Shown: in pieces, positions 41,596-58,818 of the stretch
Position numbering within the stretch: position 1 is the first letter of the stretch
Layout of the letters: each line of letters opens with the position of its first letter
Assembly (NCBI GenBank): GCA_963816185.1
Contig: CAWFJJ010000030.1
Location: 480,001-544,000, forward strand
Direction: 5' to 3'
Source: Thermoanaerobaculia bacterium
GTDB lineage: Bacteria > Acidobacteriota > Thermoanaerobaculia > UBA5066
Length of the DNA stretch: 64,000 nt
The notes under the pieces: generated by a model
The model's input: only the letters and a program-made list of their open reading frames with translations
The model's database searches: none
What the model was told of the DNA's origin: nothing
Made by a program: the position numbers and the translations under genes

Positions 41596-43371
41596 ATGAG
41601 TGCGACTCAACCCCCGACGGACAGCGGCGCGGCGCCGGAAAAGCCGGAGAAGAAGACGGGCAAGGGCTCGCGCGGCGGCGCCAAGGCGCGCGCCGCGAAG
41701 GCGGCAAAAGCGGCCCAGGCTCCGCCCGCGACGCGCGCTGACGAGATCATCGAGGCCCTGCGCGCGGCCTCGCGCGACAAGGAGATCGATTTCGAGCGGC
41801 TCGTCGCCGCGCTCGAGGAAGCCATCGCGACGGCCGCTCGCAAGGTCTACAAAGTCCGCGAAATGGCGGCCCGGTTCGACCAGAAAACCGGAACGCTGAC
41901 GGCGTGGACTCCCTATCGGATCGTGGCCGAAAAGACGATCAAGCCGGAGGAGCCCGCGCCGACGGCCGCGATCGATCCGGAAGACGTGCCGCTCGGGCAG
42001 ACCGTCGCGCCCGCGCCCGCTCCGGCCGTGCCGATCGACCCGGAGAAAGAGATCCGCCTGCCCTACATCGAGGTTCTTCCCGAGGAGGCGCACGCGCTTC
42101 TTCAGGGCGAGCTCGCGAGCCAGAGCTGGGAAGTCGTGCGGAATCCGAAGGGCGAGGGATCGGTGGGCGAGGAATCGGTCATCGAGCCGGCCTCGATGGG
42201 GCTCGGCGACGAGATCCGTCTCTATCGCTCGACCGAGGGCCTCGGCCGCATCGCCGCGCAGAGCGCCAAGCAGGTCCTCTATCAGAAGGTCCGTGAGGCC
42301 GAGCGCGACAACATCTACAACGAGTTCTTCCCGAAGCTCGGCGAGCTCATCACGGGCACGGTCAAGCGGTTCGAGCGCGGCGACATGATCGTGGACCTCG
42401 GCCGCACGGAAGCGGCGATCCCGCGCGAGCACCAGTCACGCGCGGAGCGTTACACGCAGGGCGAGCGCGTACGCGGCGTCCTCGCGGACGTCCACAAGAA
42501 CCCGAAGGGCTCGCAGATCATCCTTTCTCGAACCGCCCCCGAGCTCCTCATGCGCCTCATGGAGATGGAGGTCCCCGAGATCTACGACGGCACGGTCGTC
42601 ATCCGGGGCTGCGTGCGGCAGCCCGGCGATCGCGCGAAGGTGGCCGTTTCGTCCCGCGAGAGGGACGTCGACCCCGTCGGAGCGTGCGTGGGCATGCGCG
42701 GCTCGCGCGTGCAGGCGATCATGCGCGAGCTTCGCGGCGAGCGCATCGACATCATCCAGTATTCCGACGACCTCATCACGTACGCGCAGAACGCGCTCTC
42801 CCCGGCGAAGATCACGCGCGTCTCGGCCATGCCGGCCGACGACGAGGCCACGCAGGAGATCGGCCCGGACGGCCAGCCCGTGGAGCCCGTCCCCACCCTC
42901 GAGTGCATCGTCGAGGAGGACCAGCTTTCGCTCGCCATCGGAAAGCGCGGGCAGAACGTCCGCCTCGCCGCAGCCCTGATCGGCGCCCGCATCGAGATCA
43001 AGAGCGAACAGGCCGTCAAGGCCGAGGTCGCGCAGGCTCTCCAGCGGATGCTGCTCGTCTCGCAGCGCCGCGCAACGCCGCTCGCGGAGGTCCCGGGCTT
43101 CGACGAGGCGGCCACCGCCGCCTTCACGGCCGCGGGGTTCGCGACCGTCGGCGATCTCCTCGAGGCGGAAAGCGGAGCCGAGGGCAAAGAGGGCGACGAT
43201 CCGCTCTCCTCGGTCACGCTCGACAAACCCGCGCGCGACGCGGCCCTGGAAGCGGCGCATGCCTTCGAAGAGGCGCCCGAAGAAGAGGAGGCTGCCGACG
43301 AGGGCCTCGAGTTCCAGGAAGTGTCCGAGACCGAGGGCGAGAAAGGCCCCGAGGGAGACCCGCAGACTTGA
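41596..43371 (+). CDS. nusA: Transcription termination/antitermination factor NusA
   Basis: GRIAAQSAKQV, EVPEIYDG, DPVGACVGMRGSRV, SLAIGKRGQNVRLA. Confidence 0.96.
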   Translation: MSATQPPTDSGAAPEKPEKKTGKGSRGGAKARAAKAAKAAQAPPATRADEIIEALRAASRDKEIDFERLVAALEEAIATAARKVYKVREMAARFDQKTGTLTAWTPYRIVAEKTIKPEEPAPTAAIDPEDVPLGQTVAPAPAPAVPIDPEKEIRLPYIEVLPEEAHALLQGELASQSWEVVRNPKGEGSVGEESVIEPASMGLGDEIRLYRSTEGLGRIAAQSAKQVLYQKVREAERDNIYNEFFPKLGELITGTVKRFERGDMIVDLGRTEAAIPREHQSRAERYTQGERVRGVLADVHKNPKGSQIILSRTAPELLMRLMEMEVPEIYDGTVVIRGCVRQPGDRAKVAVSSRERDVDPVGACVGMRGSRVQAIMRELRGERIDIIQYSDDLITYAQNALSPAKITRVSAMPADDEATQEIGPDGQPVEPVPTLECIVEEDQLSLAIGKRGQNVRLAAALIGARIEIKSEQAVKAEVAQALQRMLLVSQRRATPLAEVPGFDEAATAAFTAAGFATVGDLLEAESGAEGKEGDDPLSSVTLDKPARDAALEAAHAFEEAPEEEEAADEGLEFQEVSETEGEKGPEGDPQT

Positions 43372-46300
43372 AGACGACAGCGGCCAAATTCACCGTCGCC
43401 CAGCTCGCCAAGATGATGGGCAAGCCTGCGAAGGAAGTCCTCTTTCTTCTGCAGGGCATCGGCGTCGACGTCAAGACCGCCGAGTCCGTTCTCGATCCTG
43501 CGACTGCTCAGGCTCTTCTCATGGGCAAGACGCAGGCGCCCAAATCGCTGATCGTGAGGCAGGCCCCTTCAGCCGCGGCCGCGGCCGCGGCCGCGAGCGC
43601 CTCGGCGGCCAAAGCACGGACCGAGCGCGCGGCGTTGAAGCGCATCAAGATCGTCGAGCGTTCCCTCGACGCCGAAGAGGGCGAGGCGGGCGAACCAACG
43701 GCGACTCTCGAGCCGGAAGTGCCCGCGCTCTCGACCGCGGCCGAGGAGCCGCCCGCTCCGCCGAAGGTCGAAGCCGCGGCGCCCCCCGCATCCGCATCCG
43801 AAGTTCCCGTCGAGCCTGCGCCGCCCGCACCCGCAAGTCCTCCTCCGGCCGCGCCTCCCGTCGCGTTCATTCCCTTCACCCCGCCTCCTCAGGCTGCGGC
43901 GGCCGCCGCTCGCCCGCGCCCCGCCGAGACGCCGGCCCTGGCCCCCCGGCGCCCGATTGCAGCTCCGCCTGCCCGCGTCAGCCCTCCGCCCGTCGCGTCG
44001 AAGACCCCGCCGCCGCCCCCGGCTCCCACGCCTCCTGCGGGAGCTCTCGGCCGCATCCTGAAGCGGGCGGGCGATCTTCCGCCGGGTCCCTCAGCCGCTC
44101 CCGTCCCGGCCGCGCCCGCTCCGCGTCCCGAGGCGATGATGTCCCACGGCGCGAGCGCCGGTCCTCATTCACCGGGCGTCACGCACGTCCGGGCCGCTTC
44201 CCCTCCCACGCAGGCCGGCGCGACGGCCGCTCTGCCGCTCCGCGGCGCGGGAGGTCTCGGCCGCGCAGTCATTGCACCTCCGAGCGCCGCCACCCTCCGG
44301 CCGTACCGCGCCGCCCAGCCGGCCATCGGCACGAGTTTCCCGCGTCCCGGCATGCCGCCGCGCCCCGGCATGCCGCCCAGGCCCGGATTCGCGCCGCGCC
44401 CCGGCTTCTCCCCGCGCCCCGGCGGCCCTTCGGGCCCCGGATTTGGACCGCGTCCCCCCTTCGGCCGGCCGCCGCTCGGGGGCGTCGCCCCCCCTGTGCT
44501 GCCCGATACGGCCGAGCGCAGGAAGAAGGACGCGACGAAGCCGGGCCTCGGCGTCAAGAAGGGCGACGCGAAGAAGACGGAGTCGAAGAAGCCGCGCACG
44601 AAGGAGGTCTCGGCGCTCGAAGAGGACGTGCGCGAGTACCTCGGCACGTACAAGCAGGATACGTACGAGGACATTCCGACGCCCTCGGCTGAAGGGACGG
44701 ACGAGGCGCTCGCCGCCAAGCCGCTCTCCAAGTCCGCGCAGCGCCGCGCCGGCAAGAAGACGATGGCGACGGAGACCGGCGAGGTCGTCGAGGTCAAGAA
44801 GAAGGCAGAGGGGCCCGTCTTCCTGTCGGAAGGCGTCACGATCAAGGAGCTCTCCGAGAAGCTCGGGGTCCTGGCGAAAGACCTCATGAAGGCGTTCCTG
44901 TCGCGCGGCGTCTTCGCGACGATCAACCAGCCGCTCGACCCCAAAGTGGCCGTGGAGATCGCACGGGAGTTCGGCGTCGAGGCGGCCGTCGTCTCCTTCG
45001 AGGAGGAGCTCGAGCTCTCGCGCCAGCAGACCGCGAACGACCAGGCGGCGGCGACCGCTCTCGCGCCGGAGGCCGGCCTCGGCGTCCCCTCGGGAGAGCG
45101 CGTACCCCGCGCGCCCGTCGTGACCGTCATGGGACACGTCGACCACGGCAAGACGTCGCTCCTCGACGCGATCCGTAAGGAGCACGTCGCCGAGGGCGAG
45201 GCCGGCGGCATCACGCAGCACATCGGCGCTTACCGAGTCGTCGCGAAGGGCAAGCCCATCGTCTTCCTCGATACGCCGGGCCACGAGGCGTTCACCCTGA
45301 TGCGCTCGCGCGGCGCGAAGGCCACGGACATCGTCGTCCTCGTGGTCGCAGCCGACGACGGCGTCATGCCGCAGACGCAGGAGGCGATCGACCACGCGCG
45401 CGCCGCGAAAGTCCCGATCGTCGTGGCCATCAACAAGATCGACAAGCCCGACGCGAACCCGCAGCGTGTCAAGCAGGAGCTCGCCGAGAAGGGCGTCCTC
45501 GTCGAGGAATTCGGAGGCGACGTCGTCGCCTGCGAGATCTCCGCGAAGAAGAAGATCGGAATCGACCAGCTCCTCGAGATGATCCTGCTCCAGGCCGACC
45601 TCCTCGAGCTGAAGGCCGTGGCGACGGGGCCCGCCCGCGGCGTCGTGCTGGAGGCGCGCCGCGAGGCGGGCAAGGGCACGCTCGCGACGGTGCTCGTGCA
45701 GCAGGGCACGCTTCACGTCGGCGACGTCTTCTTCGCCGGCACGGCCGTGGGTCGCGTCCGCGCGATGCTCGACGACCACGCCGCGCGCGTCACCGAGGCG
45801 CCTCCCGCGACGCCGGTCGAGGTCATGGGCTTCGAGGACATCCCGAACGCCGGCGACACGCTCCAGGTCGTCGAGGACGAAGGCAAGGCGCGCCAGGTCT
45901 CGCAGTTCCGCTCGCTCAAGGAGCGCGAGGAATCGCTCACGAAGTCCTCGCGCATGTCGCTCGACTCGCTCTTCAACCGGATGAAGGAAGGCGAGATGAA
46001 GGATCTCGCCCTCATCGTGAAAGCCGACGTGCACGGCTCCGAGGAGGTCCTCGTCCAGACGCTCGGCAAGCTCTCCACCGAGAAGGTCAAGGTCAGCGTT
46101 CTGCACTCCGGAGTCGGGGCCATCTCGGTGAACGACGTCCTCCTCGCGTCGGCGTCCGACGCCATCGTCATCGGTTTCAACGTCAAGCCCGAGAAGAAGG
46201 CGCAGGAGCTCGCCGACCACGAGGGCATCGACATTCGCCTCTACTCCGTCATCTACACGCTCACGGACGAGATCAAGAAAGCCATGACGGGCCTTCTCGA

Positions 46301-46613
46301 CACGGTCAAGAAGGAAGTCACGCGCGGGCACGCCGAGGTGCGCGAGACGTTCAAGGTGCCGAAGATCGGGACGATCGGCGGATGCATGGTCACGGACGGC
46401 GTCATCCCGCGCTCGGCTTCCGTGCGCCTCATCCGCGACAGCCGCGTCATCTACGAGGGCAAGGTCGGCTCTCTTCGCCGCTTCAAGGACGACGCGTCCG
46501 AGGTGAAGCAGGGCTTCGAGTGCGGCATCGGCATCGCGGGCTATCAGGACGTGAAGGTCGGAGACGTCATCGAGGCATTCGTCGTCGAGGAGCTCGCGGG
46601 ATCGCTGACCTGA
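43368..46613 (+). CDS. infB: Translation initiation factor IF-2
   Basis: GHVDHGKT, GGITQHIGAY, DTPGHEAF, NKID; TTG start overlapping the nusA stop. Confidence 0.97.
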   Translation: MKTTAAKFTVAQLAKMMGKPAKEVLFLLQGIGVDVKTAESVLDPATAQALLMGKTQAPKSLIVRQAPSAAAAAAAASASAAKARTERAALKRIKIVERSLDAEEGEAGEPTATLEPEVPALSTAAEEPPAPPKVEAAAPPASASEVPVEPAPPAPASPPPAAPPVAFIPFTPPPQAAAAAARPRPAETPALAPRRPIAAPPARVSPPPVASKTPPPPPAPTPPAGALGRILKRAGDLPPGPSAAPVPAAPAPRPEAMMSHGASAGPHSPGVTHVRAASPPTQAGATAALPLRGAGGLGRAVIAPPSAATLRPYRAAQPAIGTSFPRPGMPPRPGMPPRPGFAPRPGFSPRPGGPSGPGFGPRPPFGRPPLGGVAPPVLPDTAERRKKDATKPGLGVKKGDAKKTESKKPRTKEVSALEEDVREYLGTYKQDTYEDIPTPSAEGTDEALAAKPLSKSAQRRAGKKTMATETGEVVEVKKKAEGPVFLSEGVTIKELSEKLGVLAKDLMKAFLSRGVFATINQPLDPKVAVEIAREFGVEAAVVSFEEELELSRQQTANDQAAATALAPEAGLGVPSGERVPRAPVVTVMGHVDHGKTSLLDAIRKEHVAEGEAGGITQHIGAYRVVAKGKPIVFLDTPGHEAFTLMRSRGAKATDIVVLVVAADDGVMPQTQEAIDHARAAKVPIVVAINKIDKPDANPQRVKQELAEKGVLVEEFGGDVVACEISAKKKIGIDQLLEMILLQADLLELKAVATGPARGVVLEARREAGKGTLATVLVQQGTLHVGDVFFAGTAVGRVRAMLDDHAARVTEAPPATPVEVMGFEDIPNAGDTLQVVEDEGKARQVSQFRSLKEREESLTKSSRMSLDSLFNRMKEGEMKDLALIVKADVHGSEEVLVQTLGKLSTEKVKVSVLHSGVGAISVNDVLLASASDAIVIGFNVKPEKKAQELADHEGIDIRLYSVIYTLTDEIKKAMTGLLDTVKKEVTRGHAEVRETFKVPKIGTIGGCMVTDGVIPRSASVRLIRDSRVIYEGKVGSLRRFKDDASEVKQGFECGIGIAGYQDVKVGDVIEAFVVEELAGSLT
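44341..44430 (+). repeat. Five degenerate 18-bp tandem units in infB encoding (PRPGxx)n
   Basis: CGCGTCCCGGCATGCCGC-like units; peptide PRPGMPPRPGMPPRPGFAPRPGFSPRPGG. Confidence 0.75.
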
Positions 46614-46620
46614 GGCGTTC

Positions 46621-46953
46621 GTGGTCGTTGCTCTCACGGTTTTCGAATTTCATCTTCCCGGGTGCCGGGGCCTCAAGGAGAAGCGCTCGTTCCTGAGGCC
46701 GCTGAAGACCCGGCTCCGCGGAGACTTCGAGATCTCGGCCGCCGAAGTCGCGCATCAGGATCTCCTTCAACGCGCGACCCTCGGAATCGCAGCAGTGGGA
46801 CCCGATCCGGAGGCTCTGGAGCCGCTGCTGCAGAGGATCCGCCGTTTCATCGAAGGCTATGCGGAGGAGAACGGAGCCGAGATCGCGAGCGAGCGGCACG
46901 AGCTCGTGGGGTTCGGGGATGTCGGCGCGCCGGGCAGCTCCTTCGGGACTTGA
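46621..46953 (+). CDS. DUF503 (YlxP-like) protein
   Basis: LKEKRS, SAAEVAHQDLLQRATLG; conserved position after infB. Confidence 0.88.
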   Translation: MVVALTVFEFHLPGCRGLKEKRSFLRPLKTRLRGDFEISAAEVAHQDLLQRATLGIAAVGPDPEALEPLLQRIRRFIEGYAEENGAEIASERHELVGFGDVGAPGSSFGT

Positions 46954-46979
46954 ACGATCCGCTGAAAGCAGGTGACGAC

Positions 46980-47372
46980 ATGGCGACACAGAGACGCTCC
47001 GCGGGGGCCACGGGCAGGCGCCCGAAGCAGGTCGGAGACGTCGTGCGGGCGGAACTGGCGCGCCTCTTGAGAGAGGACCTGCGCGATCCGGCGATCGGCT
47101 TCGCGACGATCACGGACGTCGTCATGGCCGACGACCTGCGCTCGGCGCGCGTCTTCGTGTCGGTTTTCGGCCCGAAGGAGCAATTCAAGAAGACCGTCGA
47201 CGCCCTGAACCACGCGCGGGGACACCTGCGCTCTCTCGTGGGAAAGAACTGCAGCCTGCGTTACGCGCCGGAGCTGACGTTCGCCGAGGACCACACGCTC
47301 GAGCGCGGCGCCCGCGTCGAGGAGCTCCTGCGCTCGATTCCGAAGCTGCCGGGCGAGCCGGACGCCTCATGA
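46980..47372 (+). CDS. rbfA: Ribosome-binding factor A
   Basis: LRDPAIG..TITDV, DLRSARVF, LRYAPELTF. Confidence 0.95.
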   Translation: MATQRRSAGATGRRPKQVGDVVRAELARLLREDLRDPAIGFATITDVVMADDLRSARVFVSVFGPKEQFKKTVDALNHARGHLRSLVGKNCSLRYAPELTFAEDHTLERGARVEELLRSIPKLPGEPDAS

Positions 47373-48394
47373 CGCCGCGCGACGCCGAGATCGACGCCGC
47401 CTACGAAGACATCGCGAGGCTGCTCGCGACGGGGAAGCGGTTCCTCCTCACGGGCCACCGCAACCCGGACGGCGACGCCCTCGGCTCGGCGCTCGGTCTC
47501 GCGCTCGCGCTCGAGGCGCAGGGCAAGGAAGCACGCGTCGTGATGCGCGATGCGTGGCCTTCCGCCTACGCGAAGATGCCCGGGATCTTCCGCGTTCTCG
47601 TGGCGGACTCGTTGCCCGACGACTGGCCCTCGGGCTGGGACGCGCTCTTCACGATGGAGTGCCCCGACGCGGATCGAGCCGGGTGGCCGAATCTCCTCGC
47701 GGGGAAGGTCGTGAACGTCGATCACCATCCCGGCAACACGCGCTACGGCGCGCTGAACCTCGTGGATCTCCCGGCCGCCGCCGTGGGCGAAATCGTGGTC
47801 GACCTCCTCGACCTCCTCGGATGGCCGCTCACCAAAGATATCGCGACGAATCTCTGGGTGTCGCTCGTGACCGACACGGGCTCGTTCCGCTACTCGAACA
47901 CGACGTCGAAGGCGCTCGCGCTCGGGGCGCGCCTCGTGGCCGACGGCGCGCAGCCCGGGCCGGTGAACGAGTTCCTCTTCGAGGCCGCGCCGCTCTCCAC
48001 TCTGAAGCTCGAGGCGCTCGTCCTCGGGACGCTCGAGCTCCATGCCGGCGGTTCGGTTGCGACGGTCGAGCTGCCCCGCCGCTTCTTCGACGAGAGCGGC
48101 GCGAAGGATTCGGACACGGAGGGGCTCGTGAACCGAGCGCGCGGCATCGAAGGCGTGCGCGCCGCAATGCTCCTTCGGGAAGGCGAGAGCGGGGAGATCC
48201 GCTGCTCGCTGCGGAGCAAGGGCGTCGTGGACATCCGGAGCGTCGCCGCGCGACACGCCGGCGGCGGGCACCGAAACGCCTCGGGCTGCCGCGTGGCGGG
48301 CACGCTCGCGTCGGCGAAGGTGACGCTGGTTCCGGAGGTCGCCGCCGCCGTGGAAGCCGCCGGAGCGGAAGAACCCGTGCCGGGGCCCGAGTGA
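47369..48394 (+). CDS. nrnA: DHH/DHHA1 phosphoesterase (NrnA-like)
   Basis: HRNPDGDALGS, VDHH, DTGSF, GGGHRNASG. Confidence 0.9.
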   Translation: MTPRDAEIDAAYEDIARLLATGKRFLLTGHRNPDGDALGSALGLALALEAQGKEARVVMRDAWPSAYAKMPGIFRVLVADSLPDDWPSGWDALFTMECPDADRAGWPNLLAGKVVNVDHHPGNTRYGALNLVDLPAAAVGEIVVDLLDLLGWPLTKDIATNLWVSLVTDTGSFRYSNTTSKALALGARLVADGAQPGPVNEFLFEAAPLSTLKLEALVLGTLELHAGGSVATVELPRRFFDESGAKDSDTEGLVNRARGIEGVRAAMLLREGESGEIRCSLRSKGVVDIRSVAARHAGGGHRNASGCRVAGTLASAKVTLVPEVAAAVEAAGAEEPVPGPE

Positions 48395-49323
48395 CGGGAC
48401 CTCCGCGCCCCGAGGGCCCGTCCGGCATCCTCCTCGTCGATAAACCCGCGAAGCTCACGTCCCACGACGTCGTGGACGTCGGGCGCCGGCTGCTCGGGAC
48501 GCGCCGCATCGGGCACACGGGAACGCTCGATCCCGCCGCGACCGGGCTTCTCGTCTTGTGCGTGGGTCGCGCCGGGCGGCTCCAGTCGTTCCTCACGGGC
48601 TGGGAGAAGACGTACGAGGGCACGATGCGCTTCGGGATCGTGACCGACACGTACGACACCGAGGGGACTCCCGTCGGAGAGCCGCACCCCGACCCCCGCC
48701 CGGAGCGCGCGCGCCTCGAGGAAGTCTGCCGCTCGTTCACGGGGGAGATCCGGCAGTCGCCGCCGCCCTTCTCGGCAAAGAAGTTCGAGGGCCGGAAGTT
48801 CTACGACCTGGCGCGGAAGGGTGAGGCCGTGCCCGATCTCCCCAAGACGGTCACGGTTCACGAGTTCGCGATCCTCGCGCTCGACGGCGATGTCGCGCGG
48901 TTCCGAATCTCGTGCACGTCGGGCACGTACATCCGCTCTCTCGCCCACGACGTCGGAAAAGCGCTCGGCTTCGGCGCCCATCTCGCGTCGCTCCGCCGCA
49001 CCTCGATCGGACCTTTCCGCCTCGAAGACGCGAGCACGCTGCCCGAGCTCGAGGCCCTCGCGCCCGGCGAAAGGCTTTCGAAGCCGTTCTGGCTCGGGCT
49101 TTCGGAAATTCCTCTGCCGTTCCCCGCAGTCCCGCTCGCTCCCGCCGAAGCCGTGAAGGTGAAGAGCGGGCACGGCGTGCCCGTGCGGGTCCCGCCCGAG
49201 GCCGCCGGCGCCCCGATGGTGCGCCTCACGGCCGGCGGAGACCTCCTCGCCCTCGGCATTCTCGAGCCGCTCGGCAGGGGTGTCCTCGCGCTCGCCCGCC
49301 CGAAGATCGTCCTCGGAGAGTGA
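48391..49323 (+). CDS. truB: tRNA pseudouridine(55) synthase
   Basis: DKPAKLTSHDVV, GHTGTLDPAATG, GTYIRSLAHD. Confidence 0.96.
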   Translation: MTGPPRPEGPSGILLVDKPAKLTSHDVVDVGRRLLGTRRIGHTGTLDPAATGLLVLCVGRAGRLQSFLTGWEKTYEGTMRFGIVTDTYDTEGTPVGEPHPDPRPERARLEEVCRSFTGEIRQSPPPFSAKKFEGRKFYDLARKGEAVPDLPKTVTVHEFAILALDGDVARFRISCTSGTYIRSLAHDVGKALGFGAHLASLRRTSIGPFRLEDASTLPELEALAPGERLSKPFWLGLSEIPLPFPAVPLAPAEAVKVKSGHGVPVRVPPEAAGAPMVRLTAGGDLLALGILEPLGRGVLALARPKIVLGE

Positions 49324-49326
49324 CGT

Positions 49327-49355
49327 TTGACGCCCGGAGGGCGTCCCGGTAAACT
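49327..49355 (+). promoter_or_regulatory. sigma70 promoter of rpsO
   Basis: TTGACG-17 nt-TAAACT. Confidence 0.75.
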
Positions 49356-49397
49356 TCCCCGGCTGAAAAATTAGAGACGTCTAAGGAAAAAACGAAA

Positions 49398-49667
49398 TTG
49401 GCCCAGCTCACCACGAAGAAGGCGGAAACGATCACCAGCTACCGGCGCCACGAGAGCGATACCGGGTCCCCCGAGGTCCAGGTCGCCCTCCTCTCCAAGC
49501 GCATCTCCGAGCTGACCGAGCACTTCAAGGCCCACGCCAAGGACCATCACTCGAGGAGGGGGCTCCTCCAGATGGTCGGCCGGCGGCGCCGCCTGCTCGA
49601 TTACGTGAAGAGGCGCGACGCGGAGCGGTACCGGGCCCTGATCGAACGCCTCGGACTGCGCAAGTAG
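49398..49667 (+). CDS. rpsO: 30S ribosomal protein S15
   Basis: [22 protein letters not shown]; TTG start. Confidence 0.97.
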   Translation: MAQLTTKKAETITSYRRHESDTGSPEVQVALLSKRISELTEHFKAHAKDHHSRRGLLQMVGRRRRLLDYVKRRDAERYRALIERLGLRK

Positions 49668-49764
49668 TCCTTCTTCCCTCACGTTCGGCGGCACCCCCCG
49701 GCCCGCATTCCGCGGTCTCGGGGTCTTTTGCCCGCCGGGCAGGGCCACGCGAAAGGAATTGCCC

Positions 49765-52013
<2,249 letters not shown>

Positions 52014-52017
<4 letters not shown>

Positions 52018-53726
52018 TTTTCTTTCTTCCGCACGCGCCGCTCCGGCGGCGCGACCCCTTCGGGGGCGATGCCCGTGTTCGACCTGTCGCCGGAGTCGAG
52101 CCAGTAGCGGGCGGAAGCCACGCCCGCGTCACGATCGTGATCGTCGCCGCCCTCGGCGAGATAACGCTCGATCTCCGCCGCCCCTGCCTCCGGCGAGACT
52201 TTCGCCTCGACGAGCGTCGCGTAGACGAGTGCGTCGGCGAAGCGGTGCCTGCCGGCGGGGATCGTGGACGGCAGGAGCGGCACGAGAGACAGCGCACCCG
52301 CCGTCACGACCAAAAGGCCCGCGGCCCGAAATCTGCGATCCTGCATTTCTTTGAAGATGAAGAGAAGGAAGAAGCCCGCGCCGAGGGCCAGCGGGCCGGC
52401 CATCGCGGCGCGGTAGCGGGATGTGGTCTGGACCAGCAAACAGGCCGCGAGCGGCACGAGAATCGCGACGAGCGCCAGCAACCCCTCTTCCTTTCTCAGC
52501 ACGCGGCGCGACAGCGCCGCGCAAAGGCCGACTCCCCCTATTCCGAGCAGACAGGAAAAGACCGGGAGAATTCTCAGAATCGTCAATCGGTCCCGGAAAA
52601 AATAGAAACTCGCGTTGTCCGGAATCTCGAACGCATTGAAGAACGTCGCGAGCTTCTTCAGGAAGAGCTTCGGCAGCTCGAGCGGCGCGCCTCTGTAGCT
52701 CTCGAGGACGAGACGCGCGGTGCGCAACGTGGAGCCCCGTGCCTTCTCGAGCATCTCGTCCATCCCCGGCGGCGACATCGTCGTCGCGTTCGCGCCGCGC
52801 GCGTTGCCCCAGACGAGGCCGATGGCCTGCCGCGTGTCGAAGGTCAACGGCGGTACGCCGGCGGAGATGTTGCGGGCGGCGAGAACGGCGAGCGGGATCG
52901 CGAGGCCCAGGGTGCCGAGGAGAAGAACGCCGCCGCGCTTCGCGCCGCCCGGGGATTTCTTAGAAGGTGAATAAAGAGAATAAAGGCAATAGAGAGACGC
53001 GAGCGCCAAGGGTGCGATCGTCTGCTTCAGCAGGATCGCCAGGCCGCCGAGGAGGCCGAGAAGGAAAGGAGAAGACCTTTTCCGCGCGATCAGCGGCCAG
53101 GCCAGCAGCAGCGTCGAAAGGTGCGCGACGGGTCCGTCGCGCAGCAGGAAACCGTCGTGGAAAACGAGCGGGCCGTAGAGCCCGTAAAAGACCCCCCCCA
53201 GTGTGGCCGCGACCGCGGCGGCGGTGCTGCGCTCCTGCGCCTCGGGCGAAGCTCCGCCGGCGCCGTCCCCCTCCCCTCTTCCCCTTCTAAGAAATTCTTC
53301 TCTCCTCCTCCCTAACTCGAAGACCGCCAGGGCGAGTACCGCGCTTGCGAGACACGCGAGAAGGAGCTGCAGGACTCTCGCCGGCCAGACGGGCGAACCG
53401 AAGGCGAGGCGGAGGACCGCGAGGCCGTACGGATAGAGCGGACCCGAAAAGTACGCGTTCTTCTGATACCAGCCTTCCCAGTCCTCCGGACTCCCGTAAG
53501 CCTCCTGCCACGCGAAGTAGGAACGCCACGCGGGCACGTCGCGCCAGTTGCCCGCGGCGAGGTGTGCAGACCAGTCGACATATCCCCATTCGTCCGTCTG
53601 TGTCCAGAGATGCCACAGCGAAAGCGGCGTTCTGGAGAGCGACACGAGATATGCCCCCCTCACGACGAAGACCGCGAGAAAGACCGTGACGAAGACGGCG
53701 CGACCGCGTCGGGCTCGTGAAGACAC
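52014..53726 (-). CDS. Polytopic membrane glycosyltransferase (GT-C, ArnT/PMT-like)
   Basis: TDEWGY after TM1, PLYPY, multiple TMs, RYRA. Confidence 0.65.
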
Positions 53727-53870
53727 GCAGGGATTCTAGGAGACTCGTTCGCGGTGCTCGTTCTCACGCCGCCCTCGGCACGATCCCATCCGCGGCCGGC
53801 GGTTCTGGCGCTATCTGGTAAATTCCCCGCGTTTGCGCCGGGGCGGAGAGAGACTCAAGAACAACACGAG

Positions 53871-54523
53871 ATGTCACAGATCTTCAATCGAAGTACGAAC
53901 GCCATCTCGCGCCTCTCGATCTGGGGCGCGGCGTTCATCCTCGGTGGCGTCGGATGGGCGGCGTCAATCCTGAACCGCTCCGCCTACAACACGAACCAGG
54001 GCGTCACGGTGAAGCAGCCCGTGCCTTTCGGCCACGAGCACCACGTGGCCGGCCTCGGCATCGACTGCCGCTACTGCCATTCCTTCGTCGAGAAGAGCGC
54101 CTCGGCCGGCATCCCGCCGACGGCGACCTGCATGAACTGCCACAAGATCATCTGGAACGACAGCCCGATGCTCGAGCCCGTCCGCGAGAGCTTCCGGACC
54201 GGAAAGCCGCTGAACTGGAGGAAGGTCTACGACCTGCCCGACTTCGTGTACTTCGACCACAGCATCCACGTGGCGAAGGGAGTCGGGTGCGTCACGTGCC
54301 ACGGCCGCATCGACAAGATGCACCTCACCGCACAGTTCCCGTCTCTCCAGATGGAGTGGTGCATCGCCTGCCACCGCAACCCGGAGAAATCCCTGCGTCC
54401 GAAGGAGAAGATCTTCGACCTGACCTGGACCGCGGCCGACCAGGAGACGCTCGGACGAGAGCTCGCGAAGAAGAACCACCTCCGATCGACGATCGCGCTC
54501 ACGAACTGCAGCACGTGCCATCG

Positions 54524-54527
<4 letters not shown>
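53871..54527 (+). CDS. actA: Alternative complex III pentaheme cytochrome c
   Basis: Five CxxCH motifs (CRYCH, CMNCH, CVTCH, CIACH, CSTCH); QPVPF.HEHH. Confidence 0.92.
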
Positions 54528-57430
<2,903 letters not shown>

Positions 57431-57435
57431 GGCGA

Positions 57436-58814
<1,379 letters not shown>

Positions 58815-58818
<4 letters not shown>

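Noticed and set aside
49360-49760. Hairpins in the rpsO leader and rpsO-pnp spacer
   Set aside because: Consistent with known S15 autoregulation and RNase III processing stems; cannot be assigned specifically and not novel
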